Of a DNA stretch of 64,000 nt, positions 11,947 through 22,410 are shown in pieces; positions within the stretch are counted from its first letter, which is position 1, and each line of letters begins with the position of its first letter. A program made the translations under genes and the position numbers. The DNA comes from Chromera velia (taxonomy: Eukaryota), in assembly GCA_018398765.1 (NCBI GenBank), contig JAHBMJ010000499.1, positions 62,001 through 126,000 on the forward strand, given 5' to 3'. Below the pieces are notes generated by a model. The model ran no database searches. It saw nothing but the letters and a program-made list of their open reading frames with translations, and was not told the DNA's origin.

Positions 11947-14900
11947 CAACAAAACTCCAACTGCAAAAGAGAAGTTCACCACACACACACACACACAGAT
12001 TGGTTCTCTGGGAGGGAGGGAGGGAGGGAGGGAGGGGCAAGTGGCAGTGGCAGGCAGGCCGATGCATAGGGCGAGTTCTCATTTTGCATTGTCTTCACTT
12101 GTGGTCTTGTTTTGCCGCTTTCCTGCCAGGCTCTTTTTTGCATTCTGAATGTGACGCTCCCCTGTGGAACGGCCAGATGTCCTTCCCCCTCCTCTGTAGC
12201 CTCTGGGGGGAAATTTCGTTTTTTCTTCGAGCATCTGTTGTCTTTTCTTACTGGGGAGGTGAGAAGGTTTGGTCAGTCAAGTTCCATTTCCTCATGTGTT
12301 TCCTTCAAGTCGAGTCTCATCTCTGCCTTCTTTTGCTTACCGTCTGTACTTTCTTTCTACTCTGTTTGTTGCAGACCTTTGATGAAGAACACAGGTGAGT
12401 CGGCGTGTGAGGGCCTGGGTGGGAGTGCATAGAGTGACTTATTCATTCTTTGACTCTCTCTCTCTCCCTTTCTCTTTCTCTCCATCTCGCTATCTCTATC
12501 CGTCTTCACCCCTTTGTGTGTCTGTGTGTGAACCTCTCTTTTTGAAGGTCTTTTCTTTCGTCTATCATTTCTCGGTCTTCCCTCTCTCGATCATCTCTCG
12601 TCGGATCCGCTCCCTTGCCCTTCGCCTCTTTTCTTTCTCGCGTCTCTGAGTCTGCCCCTGTCCTTTTCTCAAACCATTCAGTCGAATGAGTTTATCTTTT
12701 TGAATACATGCATGCATGCATGCAGACCTCACAAGGTGTGGATGCACACACTCGGTACCCCTCAGTCGGACGACATTCTCCTTTTCACGGAGGACGATAA
12801 GCGCTTTTGGTTAGTTGAGCGGACTTTTTCTTTCTGCTTTCGCGGAATCTGTTGGGATCTGGAGTCCGGTCGGGTGGAATTTTTGTCATTCTTTTTCTGC
12901 ACAGACAAAGTAGAGGTCGTTGTCTCTCATTCCGATGTTCCGTCAAGATCGAAGAATGCGCATGTACACAACAGCTTGTGTGTGAGTGTGTGTGTGTGTG
13001 TGTGCAGGGTGGGTGTCGACAAATCAAACAGCGGGCGATTTCTCCTCATTGGCACTGGGTCGAAAGTGCAGGACGAGTACTGGTTCGTGGATCTGAAGGT
13101 GCGTAGGGAGTTCTCTCACGGATTTTAATTTTTCTTTTCTGCTGTCAACAGTGTATGCGTGCTTCTTGCTTTCCTTTCTTGTCTGTCTTGTCATTTGAAA
13201 TATTCCCTGAGTCGATCCTCGCAAAGAGAGGGAGATAGATCACTTAATGTGCTTCTCCCATCTCCCTGCCAGTGAGGTCCTTTCGTTTTTAAAAAGCATA
13301 AAATGAAGAAAACACCTTTTGCCTTCATGCATCTTCACCTGTTTGCTTTCCGTTTTCTCCTTTCTTTTCTTTTGCTTTCGCCTCCCTTTGTGCAGGACGT
13401 GAAGGGGGCCGACGCGCACAAGAAGGCCGCACAGCAAGTGAAGTGCATGCAGAAGAGACTGCCGGACGTCGGTCCTCTCTCCGTTGTCTTCTTTCAGCTT
13501 GCTCTACTGTCTGCGTGTTTTTTTTTTTGAAATCCTACTGGAGGGCTTTTTTCCGTGAAAAAGAAAGCGGGAAGTGCTCGTTTGATTCTTGCCGGGGAAT
13601 AAAATTAAACCCTTTGGTTGCATGAACCGTTTTGTTTTTGCGTTTTTACGGAGATTTTCTTTCCTTTCTTCTCTGTGCATGTGCACGCAGCTCCGGTATG
13701 ATGTCGAGCACTGGGGGGACTCCTTCTACATGGTCACCAACAAGGACGGGGCCAAAAACGGGAAGATCATGAAGTCGGTCAGAGAAGGAAAGGGCGTGGG
13801 GACACACATTTGATTTTTTTTAGCCCGATTTCCAAACAGAACAGACAAACCAGACACAAGGATCAGCAGAAATATGATAAAGCCGGAGAGAGAAGGATCG
13901 AGACGGGGTGTCCCTCCTCTCTTTTGGTTTTCAGTTTGATCTCTTCGCAAGAAAGAGAAAAGGGATGTGTGGAACAAAGCTGGACAGGAGAAGTAAAAGT
14001 TGTTGTGCAGACCTGCTCAGCTGTCTTTCTCTTTCGCAGGTCTCATCCTCTCTCCCTCTCTTAGCCTACTCATTGCTTTTTCGTCTGTGTGTTTGTGTGT
14101 ATCTGTATGCAAACAAATGCAGGACTCCGATCTCGAGTCCGGGAGTTTCCAGTTGGAAGGAACTGTTCCCCTACAACTCGGCTGTGCAGTACAAACGATT
14201 GCTGCCGTTCAAGGTGCGTTGTGTGCGTGTGAAACAAAGAGAGAGAGGGGGGGGGAGGGAGGGAGGGAGAGAGAGTGAATGGATCGATGAGGGCATTCAA
14301 CGACGTTTTTCCCTTTCTCTTCAATTGAGCGATCTCGAGGGGGCCTCTGTCTGTCTTGAGTTCTTCGGATTTGAATCTCCTCTTGCATGCATGTCAGTCA
14401 TGCTTGTCTGAGCACAGTTTTCAACGGTATGGCCGTCGGTGCTTGGACGGACAAAAAGGAAGGAGAGGGATCCTGTCTGTGTACATGCAGCCGGTGAGGA
14501 AAGGAAACAGAGGGTGCATGGATTCATGGACAATCAAGGGAGAGGCTTGGAGGATCCAAGAGAGAGAAAAAAAAGGTCTCTCTCACCTGCTCTGTCACCC
14601 TGATTGTATTTCTGCTCGGTCTGCTTCTCATGCGTGGCAAACTCATGGGTGGAGCAAGGTAGATTTTTTGTTCCAGCTCGTCTTTCGTCCGTCGCCTTTC
14701 TTGTTCCATCGCCCCGCCGCTTCATGTCATTTCATTTCTTCCTCCGGCCCCTCTGTCCCCATCCTTCCTTCCTTCCTTCCTTCCTTTCTGCCATTCCCTT
14801 CTCGTGCGACATGAACAAATGAGTGCATGCAGAACAAGATTGCGGTCTCAGGAAGAGAAGGAGGCTTCTCCCAGGTGTGGGTACTCGATCCGGCCTCAGG

Positions 14901-17900
14901 TATGCGTGTCTCTCCTTTTCCGTCGGGTCTATTTGTCTAGCCGTAATGCTTGTTTGGAGGCATGCAGCCAAAAGGTGAATGAGATCGTCAACCGGCTGTC
15001 CGCCTCACTCTGTGTGTTTGTCTGTGAACTGTTGCAAGTAGAAGACCGAGAAAGGGGCAAGTCTCGATGGAAAGCAGACACAAGAAAAGAGAAAAGAAAA
15101 GACGCGAGTGTATTTCGATCTCTGTTCGTCCCTCTCTCTCCCTCTCTCTCTCCGTGCGCGCGTCCGTGTGTGTGTGTCTCTCTCTACCCCTCTATATGTG
15201 TGTGTGCGTGTGTGTGTGTTTGTGAGTGAATGCAAGTGAATGAACACTCAAACGATTTTCTCCTTCGCGCCGCGCCTTCACGGACGAATGAACGTCCATG
15301 CGTGGGTGCAGGAAAGATCGGGAGGGTCCCCATGGAAGAGGAGGCGCACATGGCCTGGATTTCCTCGAATTATTTGTTCGAGACGGAGCTGCTGAGATTC
15401 GGGGTGGGTGGNNNGGGGGGGGGGGGGCGGTGGTTGATCTTTGTGCGCAGAGATGGTCCTGACGACTTGTCGCTGGTTGTGTCTATTCCAAGCGAGCCTC
15501 TCAATTCCCTCCCCCCTTCCGTTTCGTTCACTTCTCTTTCTCGCTCCTCATCAGTGCTAATGACCATATTTGTGCCTACCTCTCATCCCTTTATCTCCGT
15601 TTCCCTCTTTCCCCTCCCTCTTTCCCTCTGTGTCCAATCGACCATTCAATCAATCCTTCGTGCAGTACTCCAGCTTGACAACCCCCTCTTCTCTGTTGGA
15701 CTACAACATGACAAAAGGGTCAGCGAAGGTCCAGAAAAGGTAGAAATGACTGAATTTTCTTTCCGAAAAAGAAAAAGGAGGGCTGGTTTTCTTTTCGTCT
15801 CCCCTGAACACATACAGATTGTTATGCGCCTTTCGAGGAAGGAAAGAAGACTCGGCCCGCCAACTGGATTTCTTCATTTCCAAATGCATGCACTGATCCT
15901 GTTCCTCGTGTTCACTTTCCTTCTTCTCGTGGGTGCGTTATACCAGTTCTCTTGCCTTTTCCCTCCCTCTTGCCTGCTTTTCACCGTCTCTGCGTGTACA
16001 AATCATCTGAATGTCTTTCAAGCCCTTCTGTTGATCCAATTTACGACCCAGACAGTGCAAAATGACCAACGAATCAACAGCAAAATTGGATGTCTATCTC
16101 AATATCCTGCCCCATATGCAGAACCTCCGAGCTCCTCTGGCAACAGAATGTGCCTAACTATGTGCCTGAGGAGGTGGGTCTGCCGAGCTGTTGAGAGAAG
16201 ATGGACATGGAAGGAAGGATCAGAATGCAGAAGAGAACTTGAAGATTCGTGTGTCATGAAAAAAAAAAATCCTCTTTTTTAGGCATGTCTGCGCAATGGC
16301 GTTGCTTCTTTCCTTTTCAGGCAATGCATTCCTCTCCCTTCTGGCTCTTACGAGCGTTCTTCATGTCGAAGAAAGCAGAGAAGTGCCTCTTTCTCATCTG
16401 GTTGTTTGTACCTTCCTTGTGTTCTGCTGTGCTTCCCCTTCTGGCAGTATGAAGCTCAACGAATAGTGGCTCCCTCTCACGATGGGACTCTCATTCCGAT
16501 GTCAATCGTCTACAGGTGGGTCCGCTGGTCAGATTGAATGACAGGAAGGAAGTTGGGCGAGCCAAACAACTTTCCAAAACATATGCAAAAGACTGCTTCG
16601 TGGGCCCTTGCGGTTTTCTTCTCGCGAGCTTTTCCGAAACGACAAAGAGAAATACAACATAAGGACAGTGTGAAGTACTCATAGAAGGAGCGAAAGTGTG
16701 GTCTTCCTTGTGTGTTTGAGGCGGCGGGGGTTGTGTGCCTCTGTGTTAAATCAGAGCATCTCATTTGTGTTTAGATGACCGCTTTTTGTGTTGACCGCAA
16801 TGATCGTGCCGCAGCAAGAAGGTCTACCCGGAGGGACCCGAGAAAGCCTCGAGGGAGAAGGAGCCGGTGCCTACGATGCTCTACGGTTGGTTGGTATGTG
16901 GGTCTGTCTGGGAGTGTCTTCTGGCCCTTCTGCCCGCACACTCTTTGCTTTTGTCTGTGCGACTGAATGTCTGTCCCTGCTTTTCGGCCCAATTTACATC
17001 TTTGCCCGTGTTTTTGAGTCTTTCTTGGGAGCAGATTTTGAAACATGCATCCTGTTGAGGATTTAGAAAGGAAGGAAGGAAGACGGCAAGTACATGCAGG
17101 CTCTCTGTCGGTTCTGGCTCTGCTCCTTCTTCCCACTCCATTTCTCTCTCTCTCTCTCTCTGTCCCTCCCCCCCCCTCTGTGTGTGTGTGTGTGTGTGTG
17201 TGTACAGGGTACGGGTCATACGGCGTGTCTGTGGACCCCTCCTTTGACTTCAAGAGGTCTGTCTGTCTGTCGGCCTGGAGCTCTGTTACTCTTCCCCTGA
17301 GACGCCGCCACGAGAAAAGAAAAAAACAGAAGAAAATGAAAGAAAGGCTCGGTCTGTCTGTCTGTCTGTCAGTTTGTCTTCTGGAAACCATATAGTCTGT
17401 CTTCTGAAAGAAACGAAGAGAAAAAGGAAAGAAAAGACGATACATTATGTTTGTCTGTCTGTCTGCTGTCTGTCTGGTCAGTTTGTCTGTCTGCATGGCC
17501 TCTGGTGGTGGTGGTAGAGGGAGGGTCGAGAGAGGGGCAGAACCTCGGGTCAATGAGGTTGACATTCACCTGCATACATATGCGTATACACACACGTATC
17601 GTAGACACACTCATGCGGATACACACGCACCGAGAAAAATGACTGAAAGGGATGGGGCCAGAGGGAGGGAACACCCACCCAGAGAGGACAGGGCAGCTCT
17701 CTAGTCGATCTGTGTTCTTTCAGTGAATTCGCGTGGTGGGCTCCGCGTCTCTTTCACATTTCCATGAAAGTAGACAGATTCATTGGGGGAACATGGACAT
17801 GCACTCCACACACATTCACACCCACATACACGCATTCGCACGCGCATCACACGCTGCAAAGCACGCCACCAGTCTGTTTGTCTGTCTGGCTAATTGCAGA

Positions 17901-20534
17901 ATTCCCCTTTTGAACAGAGGCATGGTGTACGCAATTGCACACATTCGAGGGGGCGGTGAGATGGGACGGCCCTGGTAGGTTTCATCTTCTCTCTCTCTCT
18001 TCTTGATTTTTTTGCGGACCGACCCATTGTTTCTCTGCATGCTTCTTTGCTTGCTCAGTCAAAGAGAGGGACACTTTGATCAGTAGGGGAATGACTTTTG
18101 CGAGCGGAGCAGTCCCCGATGGGTCATCTATCTTGTGTTGTTCTTTCTTTTCCTGTCGACGAATTCTTTGACGTGTGCGAAAAGAAAACGCAGCCGAGGC
18201 GGGACCACAGAGAGTCTTCTGGTCCGTCTTTGCATTTTTGAAGGAACTTGATGTGCTTGTCTGGGTCTACTTACAGGTACGAGGACGAGGGTAAGTTCTT
18301 GACGAAAAAGAACACGTTTTTGGACTTCGTGGCGGCGGCAGAGCGGCTGACGGGGCCTGACGGGTTCACTTCACCGGAGCGTCTGGGGATTACGGGTCGG
18401 AGCGCTGGGGGGCTCTTGATTGGTGGGTCGGTGGGTGGGTGGGTCGCCTGCTGCCTGCCGTTTATGATTGATCTCTTGTGTATATGGGTGAGAGAGAATG
18501 CGGCGTGCAGAGGTAATGATATGATGAATCATGATGATGAGATGGTGGTGCTTCGTTCTGCAGGTGCCACTCTGAACCTGCGTCCCGATTTGTTCGGTGC
18601 TGCGGTTGCTGACGTTCCCTTTGTGGACGTGATGACGACGGTCGGTCAGTGAGTTGGCTAGTCAGTGAGGCTGCATGTGTGGCTGTCTGTGCGTCCGCTG
18701 CGATTCCTTCTGAACAAAATTCCCTCTTTCTGTCTGCGCCGGTTTCTTTCTGCTGGAAAGATGAAAGGTCCGGCGCGAAGGAAAGGCAGTGAGCCTAGGG
18801 AGTGAACGAATGAAAGAAAGAAAGACAGGAAGAAAGAAAGTTGGCTCATCTTCTCACGCGATTTGCTTTCCTCGTCTTTCCTGATTTCTTCCGTCTTTCT
18901 CCCTCTATATGTGGCTGCGTTCCTCTCCTGCCAGCTCCTTGGAGTCCGCCTCCCTCCTTATTTCTTTCCTTGCTTCCTTCCTCTCTTCATGCATCTAGAT
19001 ATGCGACCCTTCAATTCCTCTCTTCATGCATCTAGATGTGCGACCCTTCAATTCCTCTCTTCATGCATCTAGATGTGCGACCCTTCAATTCCTCTCTTCA
19101 TGCATCTAGATGTGCGACCCTTCAATTCCTCTCACCGTGGGAGAGTGGGAGGAGTGGGGCAACCCGAACGAACAAAAATTCTTCTACTACATGCTCGAGT
19201 ACTCACCGTACGACAACATCAGGTTGGATGGACTTCAGGCAGGCAGGCAGGCAGAAAGGAACTTCAAGCGCAGTGCATGATCTTCTCTCTCTCTTTGCTT
19301 GCATGGACAGGCAGGCAGCTGAAGGAAAAAAGGAAGAACACTCACTGATCGTCTAGACGTCTTCCTTGGACATGCATCTCAGAATTCTCAGAGAAAAGAA
19401 GGGTTGCGCTGCTCCTTCCATCCGTTGTTTTTGCATTTCCAGATGTACGTGACAACACGCAGGATCGAGGCCTGCATGAGTGGAATGGAAAGAGAGGCTT
19501 CAGGGGTCAATTTCTTGTTTTCATTCATTCATTCATTCATTGCTTTGTGTCGAGACGAAGAGTGATCACCTATCCCCATATGACAGTAACTGTTTTGGCC
19601 ATCTCCCTGCGATCTGCTTCATCCTCCTTTCCTCGGTCTGATCTGATCCACCCTTCGCCTGCCTGCAGACACGAGAAATACCCCGCCCTCCTGGTCACGG
19701 CCGGCCTGAACGACCCCAGGGTCGCCTACTGGGAGCCGTGCAAGTGGTCAGTCAGTCAGGCAGGCAGCTGGATCGCTTTCGGCCCTGCAGGTGTTGTCTT
19801 CAGATCTTTCTTTGGCTGCTCCGGTTGATCGCCTTAATTTGGAAATTCGTGGTTTGTCGCTCCCCGTTTCCTTCCCGCACTGCAGCGCGTCGGCTTTCTT
19901 CTTTCCAGATTGCAATTGCATCTTCTGCTTAATTTTTCGCTCAGCTTTCAAGTGAGGAATCTGTGTTCTGACTGCTTTCAGGGTCGCGAAGCTTCGTGAG
20001 ACAAAAAACGACTCGCACCAGGTCCTGCTGAAAGTTGACATGAGCTCCGGTCACTTTTCGGCTTCAGACAGGTGAGCGCATGGGAAGATCTTTGCAGATA
20101 GGAAAGGTGTCACAGAAAGGTTGCTCAGACAGTTTTTTGTGTGCCTGTCTTTCGCCCCACACGTTTCTATGCACACTTACATGTGTGTACGTAGGTGGGT
20201 GAGTGAATGTGTGTGTGCGTGTTTGCGAGCGCGTGCAGGAGCTTGCATGTGTGTCCATATTGTTCCTCTGTTTTCCTTCTGTTTCTGTCTCCCCGCCTTT
20301 CTATTAAATTGTCGAGACCTTCTTGTCTCCGCGTCAGCAACAATATGCGCGTGAAGCCCAAGTTGGTTGTTTTTGACTGGTTTCTTTTGGCCGTCTGCTG
20401 AATAAATCACTCACTGCAGGTACAAAAACATGAGAGAGCGCGCGTTTGAATACGCGTTTGTGGTCGACCGGCTCGGCTGCAAGGATCTGTTGCCGTGTCA
20501 TCAGAAGGGGGGGAGGGGAGAATGCACAAAATGA
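8736..20534 (+). CDS. ptrB: Oligopeptidase B (protease II, peptidase family S9A), ~773 aa, 27 exons
   Basis: Exons 8736-8914, 9511-9592, 10002-10121, 10360-10537, 10992-11045, 11374-11415, 11821-11900, 12375-12394, 12726-12809, 13008-13098, 13396-13467, 13691-13773, 14123-14213, 14833-14899, 15312-15403, 15666-15718, 16122-16173, 16448-16515, 16815-16885, 17208-17256, 17900-17974, 18277-18422, 18564-18640, 19110-19222, 19669-19746, 19982-20071, 20420-20534 splice in frame. Motifs: [27 protein letters not shown], catalytic GRSAGG (Ser 18401), [15 protein letters not shown] (Asp 19712), SSGHFSAS (His 20052). Confidence 0.96.
11909..11948. repeat. Intronic (GGCA)n microsatellite next to a splice donor
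   Basis: Directly visible. Confidence 0.9.
18978..19133 (+). repeat. 37-bp tandem repeat x4 spanning an intron/exon boundary
   Basis: Unit ttcctctcttcatgcatctagatgtgcgacccttcaa; AG acceptors end at 18998, 19035, 19072 and 19109. Confidence 0.95.
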
Positions 20535-21049
20535 GAGAGAATCGATCCGGACGGAGGGAGGGAGGGAGGGAGGCTGATCAAAAGTGGCGGCATCGAGCTC
20601 AATGGGGGGTCGACCCTCAGAGAGTGACAGACGCCCAGAGCTTTCTTTCGTGAACCTAAGTTGTGCCATGCACTCTTTTGTTTACACGGCACCTCGGATT
20701 GTTTGAACATTCGTTCCCGGGATCGTGTAGAGAACAATTTTGATGGTGGTGTACGTGACATTCTTTCAGGCCTTCAAGTTTTTTCTTTTGCATTCGGTCT
20801 TAGATCTGTGCTGATTGGTCTTTTTCTTTCACCGCTTGGACGGGTGCCTTCCTTTTTCAGGTTATGCAGATGCTGTGTGTGCATGGCATTGGTGTGACGA
20901 AACCCCAGATGTCAGCAATTGTGCTCAATGGATCAGTGTATGGCACCTTACTACTACTGTACGATTATTGAAGTTGGGTCAAAAGCGAAGGATCAATCAG
21001 AACCGCTCATTTAGTAGTGGTGTTGGCAAACGACTACCAGCAATGATGA

Positions 21050-22170
21050 GCAATCATTTATAGAAAGTTTGTTTCTTGATACGGCTAGGCCGGGCTAGCA
21101 ACTGTGGCACCAACTGCGATTTTTGAGTGAATCTTCAATCATCACCGATTCATCAATTCAATGGATGAATCTACATAAATATAAATACGTGTTGTTGAAT
21201 TCATAGACCTTAAAATGGCTTAAATATTAAATTAACAGTAGGAAAAATGTATTGTTAAGTCTAGTGTTAAGGGCTAACTTAAGGCTGAGAGGCGGCTTAA
21301 TTGCCGGTACAGTCATGTAGCGGTACTCCCCGGCTTTAATTCACCAACTCAAATCAACAAAATGTTTGGGTAAGATAGGAGCTAATAGGAACACAAAGAA
21401 TAGAAAAAATTTTTTGATTGGCAACACAGAAACCAAAAGTTTTTAAAAAAGTTTTGACTAAAGTCTAGACTAGAGTTTTTATGAATCATGAATTTGCTAG
21501 TAAGTTTGTTAAAATTCATTTAAAATCTAGTTTAAAATATAATGATACCTGTAGATTAGCGTGTATACAGCAGCAATTTTAAATTTGTTTTCAGACTTAA
21601 TTGTTTCTAGACGTCTGCAGTATTAAAAAGTGCTAGAAAAAGTGTTATAAACATTTTTTAAGAGCATTTCCTGGTATAATCAAAAGCTTGGGTACTAAAA
21701 CTTGGTCTAAAAGCTAGTCTAAAAGCCTAAGTGAAAGGCAAGTCAACTTGCACTGTAGTTTTGCAGTGTTGTACTGCCTGTGCTGACTTGGCGAACGCTA
21801 GACGCCTGATCACTAGCCTTATTATGGGCTAGGTTATGGGCCAATCTAGGAGCCAATAGTATTCATTGACATATGCCTAGTACTATAATAATAATGATGG
21901 TGATGATGATATTATCATGATGATGATGAAAAAGCAAGTGAGATGTGACTTGAGATCCTGTGTCTCAGGCTAGTCCTGTGCTATAGGTCCTGTGTCCTAA
22001 CTCTTTATATAATTTGTACCTAGAACTGCACAACCTTTGGACGACTGGTTTAATGAATTAAGTAGAATTAAGTATGGCAACAGTTACAAGTTGAACAGTA
22101 GACGCCAGAGCAGAGGTATGTGGTGTGTTTGACGTCTAGGCCTGCTGTACTGCAACCATGCTAGCCACTA
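21050..22170. other. AT-rich, CTAG-enriched intergenic island between convergent genes
   Basis: No ORFs; 19 CTAG counted by eye in ~1.1 kb; lies between stops at 20534 (+) and 22411 (-). Confidence 0.85.
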
Positions 22171-22410
22171 CGTGTCTTCGGCATTTTCGTTCCTTTTCGT
22201 TTTTTTTTTGAATACGTGGGTACGTCTAAATGCAGTTCGGAGAACTCTCATTTTTCATCGCATCGGCCTGATACGAGAGAAAAGACGCTCTTCAAGAAGA
22301 GAGAGTTAACGAAGGTAGCTGGGAAAGAAGAGTCCATTCATTTATCTGCGACCGTTCACTAATCTTCTTCATAACCACAGACGATCGAGTGAAGAGAGGG
22401 AACTGTATGC

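Noticed and set aside
15230..16282. 350 aa plus-strand ORF
   Set aside because: Read-through of one real ptrB exon into pyrimidine-rich intron, across an N gap.
18978..19133. 37-bp repeats as a CRISPR array
   Set aside because: No spacers, eukaryotic context, and the unit is an intron/exon junction.
20505..20534. CaaX prenylation signal on oligopeptidase B (…GECTK*)
   Set aside because: Cys is at position -3, not -4.
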